A stretch of 64,000 nucleotides of DNA from contig JASAOG010000080.1 of assembly GCA_030265305.1 (NCBI GenBank), forward strand, positions 1,874,630-1,938,629, given 5' to 3'. The DNA comes from Biomphalaria pfeifferi (taxonomy: Eukaryota). This document shows, one piece after another, positions 34,076-46,934 of the stretch. A program made the translations under genes and the position numbers. Numbering within the stretch: position 1 is the first letter of the stretch; each line of letters opens with the position of its first letter. The notes under the pieces were generated by a model that searched no databases, had not been told where the DNA came from, and worked only from the letters and a program-made list of their open reading frames with translations.

Positions 34076-36735
34076 TAGTTTAGCCAAATATGTAACAATA
34101 AGACCTGACAGCTCACCGTACACTACCTTTGAGATGTGCGAGTTTCACCTCTCCCACCACAGTAGAACACGGATTTTTATTGTCTTGTACCGCCCACCAC
34201 CAAGCAAGAGAAAAGTTTTCATCGAAGAATTTCAAAACCTTCTTGACAGTCACATAGCAACAAAAGATCTATTTGCCATAGACGATGTGAACTTGCATTT
34301 CGACTGTGAAAATGAGACATAAACGGTGTTACTGAAAAATGCACTAAAGGATCGCAACTTAGACCAACTGATAAACGTTCCAACACACGTCAAAGGTCAT
34401 ACTCTTGACTGGATTGTTACAAATGCAAGTGAACTTATAGCCAAACTCAATGTCTTATACCGTGGCTTGTCAGGTCATTTTCTTGTACACTTTGAAATGC
34501 GCCTATCAAAAACAAAAAGGCCAAGGAAAAACGTGACTTCACGTAAACTTAAAGCCATAGACATTGCCTCCTTTAAAATGGGCGTAACCTCTTTGCTGTT
34601 GCAACAGAGCAACACAGACGTTCTCAGCAATTACAGTTCTTGCTTGAAAAAGTTGCTGGATAGCCATGCAGCTTTTGTCACTCGTACAGTCTCAGTTAGG
34701 CCATCTGCACCCTGAATGACGGAAGACGTAAAGATTGCCCAAACTTATTCGCCGACGTGCCGAAAGTACATTTCAAAAGACAGGTCTGACGATACATCGA
34801 CAAATCTACATCCTAGAAAATAACAAGGTAAACCGCATGATTAGGGACGTAAAAGCTAGTCATATTCGACACAAAATCGAAACTTCTGATTCTTCAAAGG
34901 AGCTGTTTAGGATCACCGCTGAAATGTTAGGGGGAGCTAATAACGAACGTTTGCCGTCATCTATCCCAGCATCTGAACTCCCTGATTCCTTCAATAGATT
35001 CTTCATTGGCAAGATTGAACTGATTAGAAATGACATGTCATCCCTCTCATCACAGCTTGACCACTCTCCAATCTTTCAAAATTCTCCTTTTTGCGAGTTT
35101 CAGCGTGTCTCTGTAGATAATGTCAAAAGTATTATTTTAAAGATGGCAAATAAGTCATGTGACATTGATCCCATTCCAACTTCCTTGCTCCTTGAATGTT
35201 TAGATGAGCTTGTACCCACAATTACTAACATTGTGAACTCTTCACTGACTTCAGGCATTGTACCACATCAGTTTAAGCATGCACTTGTCAGGCCCTTATT
35301 AAAGAAATCCAGTCTTGAACCGGAATGTCTAAAAAAAAACTATCGCCCGGTATCAAATCTTCCCTTCCTGTCAAAGCGTCTGGATTACATCGTGTTAGCA
35401 CAAATTCTTTCTCATCTTGAACAGTACTGTCTCTTGGAAGAATTTCAATCTGCATATAGGAAGTGCCGCAGCGCAGACACAGCAGTGGTCAGGGTACTAA
35501 ACGACTTACTTCACAATTCCGACATGGGCCACATATCAATACTTTCCATGCTGGACTTGTCCGCAGCCTTTGATACGCTAGGCCATGAAATTATGATGGC
35601 CAGATTCTCTGCCCTTTTGGTTTAGCAGGAATAGTTTTAAAGTGGCTTACATCCTACCTGACTGAACGCACCCAAAGTGTCGTTGTTTATCAACAAGCTT
35701 ACTTTTGAAGTACGAAGTACCCCAAGGATCAGTTCTAGGCCCAGTACTGTTCACTATGTATACATATCCACTCAGCGGTGTCATACGGCCAATCGGCATC
35801 TTATACCACTTCTTTGCCGATGACTCACAGTTATACGATTCCTCAGTACCCTCAGAGGTGTCGCAACTGGCAGAGAAAATCAGTGGTACCGTTGCAAGGG
35901 TGAGCGATTGAATGGTTGAGAATAAACTCAAGATGAACGAAGACAAGACAGAAATAATTAAGATTGGCACTCGAAACAACGTCTCAAAAGTCGAGAGCAC
36001 AGATTCTCTTTTTATCACGAACTGCCAGATTCCTTTTGTCCATGTAGTGCGGAATTTTGGTATTTTCTTCGACTCAACACTATCCTTTAACCCACACATA
36101 AGTCAGCTCTGCAAGGGTCTTTATCTGCAGCTGCGCAAATTAGGCCGGATCCGACCATATTTAACAACGGAGTCAACAAACAAGCTAGCTGTGGCATTCA
36201 TACTTTCCCGCCTTGACTACTGCAACGCCGTGCTAGCAGGTATACCCGATGACAAAATAGAATAGCAATAGTCCTTAGAAAAACAAGACGAGATTCTGCT
36301 ACTACGCTCTTGCGCACTCTCCATTGGCTTTCCGTGAAAGCGAGAATCGATTACAAGGTGGCCACACTTAGTCATCAGTGTATATATAACAGTGAGATGC
36401 CCTTGTACCTTAGCGAACTAATCACTCCATATATCCCTCAGAGAGCCCTACGCTCAAAGGACTCATCGCTTCTAGTGGTGCCACGTTTCTCCCTCAAAAG
36501 ATACGGTCTTTTTCAGTGCACGGCCCAAAGGTTTGGAACTCACTCGCCATTGATTTCAGACAGACAGCATGCTCACTTCTTTCAAGAAGAACATTAAGAC
36601 CTACCTGTTTAAAACCTTTTTAGATTAATTTGTCGTTTTAGCTCTCGTGTTTGTAATGTTATTACAGCGCCTTGAGCCTACATTTTGTTTGTTAACAGCA
36701 CTTTATAAATAAACTTATTATTATTTTGTTTTTGA
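34076..36735 (+). mobile_element. L2-type LINE, 5'-truncated and frameshifted (distal APE endonuclease, reverse transcriptase, L2 C-terminal domain, 3'UTR)
   Basis: Successive ORFs in shifting frames carry VLYRPP..., PTHVKGHTLDWIVTN (EN), YRPVSNLPFLSKRLDYIV...QSAYRKCRSADTAV...LDLSAAFDTLGHEI (RT motifs), RNFGIFFDSTLSFNPHISQLCKG...LRKLGRIRPYL, and LHWLSVKARIDYKVATLSHQC...SLKRYG..TAQRFGTHSPL...FKKNIKTYLFKTF (the L2 tail). Confidence 0.8.
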
Positions 36736-36891
36736 TAGTTTCATTATCAATTTAATGTGTAATGGACTGGACAATTTTTGTTATGTGAACACTTTCTGTA
36801 ATGAAAATAAGATTATTGCCAAGCAAAATAATGAGCAGTGAAAGAATAATTTAATAGAATAAAAAATAACATTCCAATTTTGTTTTTGCAG

Positions 36892-36927
36892 TCAAACTAA
36901 ATGACCTTTCAAGGCCTGAAAGAAGTG
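36892..36927 (+). CDS. Tentative gene X, exon D ((V)KLNDLSRPERS)
   Basis: Acceptor tttgtttttgcag|TC and donor AGTG|gtaaga. It is 36 nt and keeps the phase. It lies just 3' of the L2 LINE insertion. Confidence 0.3.
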
Positions 36928-37055
36928 GTAAGAGATTCAAGAAAACTTCGGTCCGAGGAAGGAAGCCAATAGCAAGATAGACAGACAAGATTGTTATTTA
37001 ATTAGTCTAGAATATATAGACCTATATTGTTGAATAAAAAAAAACACCCTTTCAG

Positions 37056-37120
37056 GGAAAGAAAGCCTTGAACGACAACCAAAGCTATTTACTGTATTTT
37101 CACTCTTGAAACACTTTTAA
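37056..37120 (+). CDS. Tentative gene X, terminal exon ((G)KESLERQPKLFTVFSLLKHF*, TAA at 37118-37120)
   Basis: Acceptor caccctttcag|GG, in phase with exon D and ending in a stop. AATAAA-like signals follow at about 37170-37200. The product was not recognised. Confidence 0.3.
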
Positions 37121-39794
37121 CATTTCATTTTAAAGCCAAAGTAAATTTCAATTCATTTATATTTCAATTTATTATAATAAATATGCATAAACCAAAATAT
37201 AACAGTGCAGATATTATACCGTAACAGTATCTATAAAATTTCAATTCATGTTAACCAGCAATAAAATTTGGTAATATCTATAATTGTTTCAACATAAACA
37301 AACAAGGAAAGTTACTCTCATCATAAAAAATACAGCAGTCTCTTTTTTTATTTTCCCTGTTTCTCTTATCAAATGTAAAAAAAAAAAATTTGTGTAGGGT
37401 GAAAGAAGGTGGAGGCACAAGAAAAGAAATTCTATTTGCACTATTGCAGTTTCACTGAGACAAGCATTATGTGCCTCATAATGACCCTGGTTATGTCTGG
37501 TCTTAAGTAGAATACCTACATTAATGTAATACGTTTACGACATGTACCAATGTAGTTTTCAGTTAAAATCAATTGTAGAAATAAAATATTTAGAGCCGAA
37601 AAAAACACCAACAAATGTGTAGACTTTTGAATAAATACCAACAAGTTTTGAGATTATCTCAGTAATAACAATTGCCAAAAAAAATGTATTTTTTAAATGT
37701 TCATCATAGAACTCAGTGTAAATCAATAATAAAAATAATAATAAAGTAGATTTTTCTAACATCAAAAATTACACATGGATAAATTGGCTATATCCCACAA
37801 CAATTGTTTCAATAATTTGATCACACAAATATTGTTTTGTACACAAACATTGCAACAATAAATGTATTTTTTTTTTTACAAAGTACAGACAGTGATCTTG
37901 CTGGGTACTGGTCTATATTGTGATAAGTTCATGAAATGGTTTTAGATGATGATTCTAAGGATTGACTGAACTGTAAGCAAAGGGAAGGGAGGCACCATTT
38001 CTTCGGTGTACATTCTTTTGCCATTTAAGTAATTGTATGTATATATATTTTCACATTTTTAAAGCAATCAAATATCACATATATATATATGTATATGATA
38101 TTTGATTGCTTCTTTTAAAATGGGAATATATATATATACATTAACTTAAATGTTTACTAAATGTTTTTACAAATACATGTGTGAATATATATATATATCG
38201 CATGTAACCACATTTAGTAGTGTCTATTCTTATAATAATACTTTTAATGTCTATATTAAACGTATTAAAGCATAAGACTCATGCATAATATTACGCATAA
38301 TATTATTATCATTTAGCTACTATGTATATTTTTGTAAGCAGTGGGGATTCTGTTAATGATTTTAAATTGTTTTGAAGATAGATTTGATTCAATTTATTTT
38401 GTATTCCCCTTAAAAGACTATTTTATAACGTAAGGGTCAATGTTTCTATTTTAACTAAAATAATGTGCATAATGTCAGAAAATAAAGACAAGTACATGAT
38501 GTTTTCAAAACATCGACAAATCTGGTTTTACCTATATGACCATTATACATATTTATTAAATTAAGAACGAAAAATTAATTTCATTGATATGTTTACAACC
38601 TAGTTCTTATATAACTAAGTAAAGTTCCTCTTTCAGACTTTGCAATCTAAGGGGCAGATGATGTAAAGGTCATCTGTTACTATGCTCCATGGTTAACAAG
38701 GGTGTCATGTGGCCAGCACAAAGACCAACATCCTTAATTTTTCCCAAACTAATGTCAAGTACCCATTAGAGCTGGATTGTCTCAGACACTCCTTATAAAT
38801 ATAAAAAATCCCAGTCTTCAAACCTGGAACCCCTCAGTTCAGAAGCCAAACACTCAACCACTCAGCCGCCATGCCTCCTTTAAATAGATACATTGAGAGA
38901 AATGATGGCATTGATTTATTTTACCACAAAACAATATGCTTTGTTATCATACTAGTCTTAAGCCTGAACAAATACAATTATTTTGGGATAACATAATAAA
39001 TATACAAGCATAGAGTAAGCAGTTTTACCTGATTGTATATTATGAATACATGTAAGACAGATAAGAATGCTACTTTTGTAGACCAGTATAGAAAAAAACA
39101 AAGCAGCTTAATAATTTGTTCCTTACTGGAAGTCAAGATCTATAAATGGACTGATACAAGTCAACATGACAGATCTAATCAGATCCAAAGCTTGTAAAGT
39201 AAACAATAACATTTAGCAAAACATTCAAAACATTGTTTACTGCACATGTCAAATAGATACAAATATTTAACTAACAATGTACTCCAAAGAAAAAAAAATG
39301 TAACATATGGTCATTCCTTTAAATATACAGTTGTTATGTACTGTTTCTAACATAATCACCATGCAATAAAAATAGTTAATATTTGTGCTACTACAATGAA
39401 AAAAATACTATTATGGTCATGGTGTTACACATTTTTGTTTACATTTGTACTTATTTTATTGAATAAATTCTTGGTATATACACACCAATAGAGACGCTGC
39501 CTGAAAAAAAAAAAGATTATTTTGCGAATTATTAATTAAACATAAACTCTTTTAAATAACACAATATATTATAATTATGAACAAAATGAGTCAATGAAAA
39601 AAAGACATCTGATTTATGCTGAACAAAATGACAAAAGTTTATAAGCTTTCTGAGAAAAATATGCGCAATTTAAATTTTCTTTATTGCATGACTAGTTTTT
39701 ATCAGTGTGTGGCACTACTGCTAAAGAATATTAATTTACAATTTAATAAAAAAACATTTTTCTTTTAGAGATGAAAAAAAAAAAGATTATAAAT

Positions 39795-40215
39795 GAAATT
39801 TTATAAATCCAATCAAGCAACACCACCTGCGCTGGCTTGGACATGTTTGCCAGATGGGGGACAATGGCATCCCGAAAATCATTCTGTACGGGCAACTTGC
39901 ATCTGGCTCAAGAAATACTGGTCGCCCCCACCTCCGTTATGTAGATGTGATAAAAAGGGATTTAAAATCAGTAAACATTGATACTGACCATTGGGAAGAC
40001 ATAGCCTTAGACCACAGTAGTTGGAGAGACGGTGACCAAGAAAGCTATAGACAGCGAGAAAACATGGGCCTCGATTCTTGAAAAGCGTGCCACAAGAAAA
40101 ATGGCCAGCTCCTCTACCACCAAAGCGAACTCCACCTTGACATGCAATATATGTGGACGGGAGTGTCTCTCCAAAATAGGGCTCCACAGCCATATGCAAA
40201 AGTGTTCGAGATGAA
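39795..40215 (+). mobile_element. LINE ORF2 3'-end fragment with a C-terminal C2H2 zinc finger (…LAWTCLPDG.NGIPKIILYGQLASGSRNTGRPHLRYVDVIKRDLKSVNIDTDHWEDIALDHSSWR…CNICGRECLSKIGLHSHMQKC)
   Basis: It carries the widely conserved LINE tail (…RxKDxxKRDLKxxxIDxxxWExLAxDRxxWR) followed by a C2H2 finger. A frameshift separates the two parts. The copy at 56565-57290 (-) is related. Confidence 0.65.
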
Positions 40216-42560
40216 CCATAGTCGTTTCACGACTGAAGGAGGCCAATGATAAATCCTATCACTCAAAACATATTAACAAAGGCCATTATTTCTAAATTAG
40301 AGTTAACTATGTACAAAACAAACAAACTCAGCAGAAAATTTAAAAAAAGCAGCATACAAATTTAAACAAATTGGGAGTAAAAAGAAGAATTGATAATTTT
40401 TTAGAACAATTTGAAATCAAGATTTGTTTGCTATTTAATTAGCCTGACACTTATCAGATGGTTAAAGAACAAATGTACTGCTTCAGTCAGGGGAACAATA
40501 CGGAAACTCTTCAGTAAGAGATTCATGGCATCACACATGACAGTTATGACAGTTACAAACGAGCCTAGTGTGTGAAGTCAGTCCTGAACTGTTGAACCCA
40601 GTGCCAATTGTACAGTATTGGCTGCTATTTATTCAACTATTAAAGTGTTACGTTACTTTGAAGCCCTGAGCTGTCAAGTTCTTTAAGTTGGTGGTGTATG
40701 GTGCAGTTTGCAGAGAGCCTGGATAGTGAGATTCGTAACAATATATAATATAAATTTATCACACTGAAATCTTCCCATTGACTAGTTATAAATACAAATA
40801 TTTGGCTTTGATTAAAAGACAGAGCAAAAACAAAAAAAACCCACAATCCTTCAGCATTATATAATGAAAAATTCTAAAAGTTCTACAGCTATTTTACACA
40901 TATTTTAAAGACGTTGACATTAATAGAATAAAAATATACTTAAAACTCATGGGTGATTTGGAAACGTCTAGCAGGTTTCTGCAGCCGAAAAAAAAACAAT
41001 TTCAAAGAGCATACATTGACCAAACAAGTCAAGCTGCATTACTATCCTCACTGATGCATTCATTTCTATTTCTTAATGTTTGATATTGTTCAACCATGTT
41101 AATGTTGTACTAAATAACAAATATATAAATTGTTCTTCATAAGTAAATTTATACTTATAATTACTACAAGAAATAGATAATACAATTTTTTTTTGGGTTA
41201 CATTCTAAAGAATTTATGCCAAGCACTTTCTTTTGATATATTATTTTTGATTAATAAAGTGAACATTCTATTTTTACTATATTAGGATACAGACCAAAAC
41301 ATGAATACAAGCTTTCTATCATGTTGTTTAATTTAACAAATTCATTAAAATTTAATATAACTTTATATCTAAATGGCTAAAAAGAGTTGTATTACAATAA
41401 TCTCTCAAATATGTTTGTGCCATCTGAAAATTTTTTTTTCTCTTTCATAATTGGAAGGTGTACAAAAACTATAATTTAGTAGTTAGGAAAATCATATGTA
41501 CAAACAAAATAAATAAAAATGTAACTGTAAATCAATATTTACATGAACAAAATAAAAGAGAGAAACAGTGAATAAAGAATAATTGGGGGCAAAAGCCTTC
41601 ATTCATTTTTTTCAGGAGTAGAATGTCATGATTGTGTGGAGCTGTCATTTATAAATTAATATCACCAGATGTCAACTGACAGCACTAATTTGCACAGAAA
41701 AACCCTCACGTTTTTAAAGGAGAAGTTAAATATAGTTCAAAAGATTTTTCTTTTTTAGTTGCAAGCCATTTTCTCCTGTAAACTGTAATAAATATTAAAA
41801 TTAGATTGGCTTATTTTCAATTCCTAATGTCATTAGATACTATATTTAAAATGAATAATGTTTTAGCTGATAATGTAATAACTTGGTGGGGGGGGGGGGG
41901 GGTATAATTTTTTTTTTACATTTAGTTATAAGAACTTTCAGATATTACATAACTAAGGGGAGAGAGGGGTAAAGAAATTTGTTGTGATTTGTTAATAGGT
42001 GGGGGTCTGAAAATTTGTTACTTAACAGAACAAAAATTATAAAAAAAAAAATAACAAGTACAGTAGTCCCTTGACGTTTGTGGATCCAACCCTCATGTAA
42101 AAGGCTATACAACAGGTTTTAAAAAAAAATAATGGAAAAAAATACTCTGTGGTTTTTATGAATACCCCCGACTTTTCTGGCACCATCTGATATGCACAGT
42201 GCATGGGAAAACAAACTGAATAAATCAACGCCAAACTTTCCAGATGCTAAATGGTGGATATATCATTATCAAAAGCTTCTATTAATACTATGTTGAAAAA
42301 TGTAATTTGGAAAAATGATAATAAATAAATAAATCTTTAGTAAAATTATAATTTTCTTGTTGTGGAAATTGAGTTTTGTTACAATTTGTAAGAACGGGGA
42401 TGGGGGTTAAAAAGTGATTTTTGGCATTATGTAATATCTGAAAGTTCCAGATGTAACAATTTAGTCTGCTGTTCACAAATACAATGTATGTTCTGTGCAA
42501 TCTACATTCTGGGTCAAGTTTTGTCAGTAGCTGTTACCATTAAAGATCCTATCTATGTCG

Positions 42561-42773
42561 TCATGCAGTTATGTCACTATGTACAGGGACAGACTTGGCA
42601 ACACTTGAGACGCTGGCCAGGATATCTTTTATACAACACTCCACCAGTGAGACATATTTTTTTCTCTCGTCTTCCAGGTTGTGGTAAGTGTGCACATACT
42701 CCTTAGCATTTTTGGTCAGAGTGACATAAGCATCTGGACACTGTGTCAGAGATTCAGCCTTCTCTATGAATTC
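42561..42773 (-). CDS. GLT1D1: GLT1D1 homolog, terminal coding exon (EFIEKAESLTQCPDAYVTLTKNAKEYVHTYHNLEDERKKYVSLVECCIKDILASVSSVAKSVPVHSDITA*)
   Basis: Minus-strand acceptor tgtttag|GAATTC. It aligns to the human GLT1D1 C-terminus [43 protein letters not shown]. Every codon was checked down to the TGA at 42561-42563. Confidence 0.85.
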   Translation of the reverse strand, partial: EFIEKAESLTQCPDAYVTLTKNAKEYVHTYHNLEDERKKYVSLVECCIKDILASVSSVAKSVPVHSDITA

Positions 42774-43245
42774 CTAAACATTGGCAAAAAAAAAAAAGAA
42801 AAATGCTCAGCAAACGTTAAAACATATTCAATAGATAAGAACATCTGTTAATGCCTGTATAGGTAATTCTATAAAAATAAAAGTAATCTATAGGGCAGAT
42901 GATGTAAAACAGGGTCGACAATGACGTCAAGGGGACAGCACAATAACTGACCACCTTTTATTGTCCAAATGTTAGGTTCCCATTAGAGATGGGTGGACTT
43001 GAGGGAGGGGGGGGGGGGGGGGGGGGGGGGGGCTTAAAATTTCAAAATTCCAGTCTTCACCAAGATTCAAACCAGAGTCCCCTTGGTTTGGAAAACTAGC
43101 ATCAGCCTCCATGTATTTAGATATCAATGCTTTATGTAGCTTATGCAGCAAAATAATGAAAAATGCTTAATCTAATTAATTACAATTTTTTGTTGTAAGA
43201 TCTATTTATACAAAATTAACTTTTATGACATTTGGATCCTGGTAC

Positions 43246-43344
43246 CTGAGGTGAATCATACAAAAGACCTGTGACTCCATCCTGTATTATTGCTTTATTG
43301 CCTGGTATATTTCTTGCAAGGACTGGTACACCGATGTGCATAGC
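43246..43344 (-). CDS. GLT1D1: GLT1D1 homolog, coding exon ([33 protein letters not shown])
   Basis: Acceptor ttttag|GCTATG and donor CCTCAG|gtacca. It is 99 nt in phase 0/0 and is near-identical in pattern to human [33 protein letters not shown]. Confidence 0.88.
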
Positions 43345-43699
43345 CTAAAATCCCAAAAGAATATAATATATAAATATACATGTTATGTTAATGAATGGAA
43401 TATACAGTACTGATCATTATACTGAAAAGTGAAATACTTGAAATAAATTTGGTTAAAAGATATTTCTAATTTCAAAATTTAACTGATAAAAATTGTAATC
43501 GATAAAAAAAAATTTAAATTATATATTAGGCCAATATAAATGAACAGTCTACTAAAAAGAAATAAATTGACTGCAACATACCCTATAAATAAATTAATTA
43601 AATTGACCAACTGTTTTTTTTTTTTTTTTTTTTTAGAAGCCAAGCACTTTACCACTCAGCCAATGTGCTTATGACAATGTTGAATGAAAAAAAAATCAC

Positions 43700-43820
43700 C
43701 TCAAGTATGGCTAGACACATCCCTTCACTATCTGAGGTATTGACTACAGCAAATGACTGTGACATGATGGCATGGGTGTCTTCCATTGGAAGTCCTGGAA
43801 TGTACACAACTCCTGGTCTC
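43700..43820 (-). CDS. GLT1D1: GLT1D1 homolog, coding exon ((x)RPGVVYIPGLPMEDTHAIMSQSFAVVNTSDSEGMCLAILE)
   Basis: Acceptor ttgcctcacag|G and donor CTTGAG|gtgatt. It matches human ...[40 protein letters not shown], which is the GT1 family C-terminal nucleotide-sugar binding region. Confidence 0.88.
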
Positions 43821-44947
43821 CTGTGAGGCAACAGTGACACAGGTTAAATATAGAGTGATAAGGATTACTTATATAAAAGTAAATGATAAACAGCTATACC
43901 TCAACTCTATATTTATACATAAATATTTATTTATATTATATTTATTATTTATTTATACACAAAAAAGCGTAATAAGTGTTTATGGGAAAATGTAAAAAAA
44001 ATTAATCCGGTTTGAAATGTAAGAGAAATTCCAAAAAACTAAAATATACATGTTGCTATTGGAGATGTAGGCTTACATCATGAATTATCACACACAAAAA
44101 AATCTAACAAATAAAAATATCAAAAAATCCTTTTTTCAAAAAACACATTAAAAGGGGGAAGAAGTCTGCGTTGAAAACTATATCTATCAATAATGTACGG
44201 GTTATTTCCCTTATTTGGTATTAATAAAAAAAAAATAATTACCAATAATTAATTGACTAATAGGGTGTTTTTCTTTCTTATTGATTAATGTTTTTTTTAG
44301 GTACAATAAATAGTGTTTAAAGTATCAACTTGATTGGAAAATGGGTGAGGGAGAAATAGCCTTAATTATTTAAGGGGACAAAACACAAATTTAGCCAAAT
44401 CTGAATACTGAAGGATTAGTTTCACTTGTTAGTACAAATATAATTAATTACAAGTAATTAATTGACTAATTGGTTACTTTTTATTTTATTGATTCATGTC
44501 TTGTCTATGCCAATGATTAATTGATCAAAGCTTCAAAATGATTCCAGAATGGTTGTGGGAGAAATAACGTGTTCACACTTTTTACCAGACAAACAGACAG
44601 AGTTAGTTGATTTAGGCTTTGTGAAAATTGCTGAACTTTGAAGTGTAAAACTAATATTTACTTGTTTACAGCTGGTTCAAACACAGTAGAACAGTAGTGT
44701 TCATCTAACTGAAAATGTAATAGTCTTATTTAGTGTAATGAAATGTATAAAAAGTTTTCTATAAAATATTTTCAAAATGAAATTACAAAACAAAATCAAC
44801 AACAGCACTCTGACAAGATCACAAGTACTAATAGATCATGATTTTTTTAAATGAATTAGTTAACCAACACCAGCAAATAATCTAGGTGAATACATAGTCT
44901 TCTATGACAAGAAGCAATGTAAATATGATGTTCCACAGTTTGACAAA

Positions 44948-44998
44948 CCTTTGGTCCCACAATCAGCAACAAAATTCTTTTATCTCTTGCATGCCATT
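44948..44998 (-). CDS. GLT1D1: GLT1D1 homolog, coding exon ((E)WHARDKRILLLIVGPK…); 3' boundary unresolved
   Basis: Acceptor ccttacag|AATGGCATG joins the previous exon as FQ-EWH and matches human SEWHQEEPNVHLVIVGPE. No candidate donor (CCAAAG|gtttgt, or later GT sites down to about 44855) gives the phase-2 exit that the next exon requires, unless a 47-nt micro-intron and a 35-nt mini-exon are invoked. The end coordinate is therefore approximate. Confidence 0.5.
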
Positions 44999-45585
44999 CT
45001 GTAAGGTGATAAACAAAATGTTTATGGGTTAAAATAAAACAAAGAATATAATATAGATATGACTTTTAGTGTTACGTGCACAGCATAGTGGGAATGTGGA
45101 ATGAAGCGAATGCGTATTGGAAGAGAAGGATCCAAATATGGAGTAATGTAAACAAGGTTATTATTGACATATTATTATTTGTTGAATCAAGATTACAGTC
45201 CTCATAATCTACTTTAGGTGAGTATGCTTGGTGTATGATTAAGAGTCTCATCTGCTCGCAACAATTAGTAATATCAGATGTAGTTATGGTGTATATTAAC
45301 ATGAATATTTTTTCTTTGAAGGAACATCTGTAACTTATAAAATAATTTAATAATATTTAAATAAAAAGTCAAGCTCCAATAAGGGAGTTAACAATAATAG
45401 AGAGATTAAAGATGGTGTTTGCAGAAAAAATAGTATAAAAAACTGAAAGGAAAAATAAGTATGTAATTGTTGAGTTGTTGTTAAATAAAGACTGCATAAT
45501 TTCAATCCAAGGACTTTACTTGCTACCTAAAAATAACACTAGAGACTATGCATGAGGGAGAAATTGGGGGGGGGGGGGGGTGCAC

Positions 45586-46012
45586 TGGCTGAGTGGTTAA
45601 GCGCTTGGCTTCCAAACCTGGAGGTCCTAGGTTCTAATTTCGGTGAAGACTGGAATTTTGAATTTCTAGATTTTTAGGGCGCCCGAGTCCATCCAACTCT
45701 GATGGTCCCTGACTTTAGTTGGGGAAAGTAAAGGCGGTTGTTCGCTATGCTGGCCACTTGACACCCTGATCGTTAAATGTTTGATAAAGAAACTGATGAC
45801 CTTAACACCATCACCCCTATAGACCGAACAGGCTGAAAGAGGAACTTTACTATAAAAGGAGGTGTGGTGGCTGAGAGGTAAAGTGCTTGGTTTCCAAACC
45901 TGGGTTCAATTCTTGTGAAGACTGGGAAATTTAATTTCGGGATCTTTGGGCACCTCTGAGTCCACAGTATTTTACCCTCAGGAATCCCCAAACAAGTTGG
46001 CCTTATAATTTA
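45586..46012 (+). mobile_element. Two tandemly adjacent SINE family A copies (a full copy followed by a head-only partial copy), preceded by a G14 run
   Basis: 45586-45860 and 45862-46012 both begin with the tRNA-like head GG(T/A)GG(C/T)TGAG(T/A)GGTTAAG.GCTTGG.TTCCAAACCTGG. They lie inside a GLT1D1 intron on the opposite strand. Confidence 0.72.
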
Positions 46013-46013
46013 C

Positions 46014-46178
46014 CTTGAAAAGTAGGAATTAGGTAAGTTGAGTTCTTCACTGGCCTAATTCCTCCAATCAATGAGAAGACTACAGGTTTTTGAAATGAAG
46101 AGGTCATCAGACTATTGACTTCTGGTTGACTGAACAAGTAACTCATCAAGTTGAAACTAGACACACAGGTATGGACAG
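46014..46178 (-). CDS. GLT1D1: GLT1D1 homolog, coding exon ((A)VHTCVSSFNLMSYLFSQPEVNSLMTSSFQKPVVFSLIGGIRPVKNSTYLIPTFQ)
   Basis: Acceptor gctgtacag|CT and donor TTTCAAG|gtaaat. It is 165 nt, with 54 codons counted, and it aligns to human [50 protein letters not shown]. It is flanked by SINE copies within the intron. Confidence 0.82.
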
Positions 46179-46934
46179 CTGTACAGCATCAACAATAAAA
46201 TATAAGTTTCTTTTTGGATTATCTCTAAAAAAAAAAGCCTTCAAAGTAAAATAAAGTAACAGTAATCACCACTAAAATGTGATTTTAATGTTTGAAAACG
46301 GGTCAATGTTCAAGTGTAAGTCAATAATTAAGATAAGACAAAACTCATTGTTCAAGACAATGAAAGCTAAAGATTGAAAATGTGTGTGCGTGTGTTATAA
46401 AGTAAGGGAGATCACTATAAATTTTAAATGTGATTCTTTCTTTCCTTGGAAGTGTTCTTATGAAAAACATCATTCAAACTCTGTGGTAGATAGGAGTCAC
46501 AAGCTTAACCACTGTTATAAAACTCTGGCGGGAAGCCATTAAAAAACTAGCAAGAGACTGTGGAGAGTGGCGTGTTTCTACTGAGGTTCTAAGAGGAACG
46601 CAAAGGAAAGATGATGATGATAGCAATCTGGCAGTCTCAGAGCAAATCACAAGACCAGTTAAGCCACCCAGCTAACCCCACCATAAGAAAAACAAATAAA
46701 ATAACATGAAAAAAAATAAGTTCAACTCTTTATCTATTAGTTGCATTCATATGCAGCAAGATTAGTTAACATCTAACTAACACAGTAAAGAAACTAAAGA
46801 ATGAAGTGTTTTTATAATAACATCCAGATGTCTACTAAAAGTGAAGCAAAGAAAGTAAAAAAACAGAAGATTTGAGACACAACAAAGCCAGCTCAACAGA
46901 AAGAATACTGGTAACATGTTGAGTCATAAGTCTG

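Noticed and set aside
33776-34123. 115-aa minus-strand ORF, which might be taken as a gene
   Set aside because: It is the ORF2 C-terminal remnant of a 5'-truncated CR1-like LINE copy, extended by read-through into flanking sequence.
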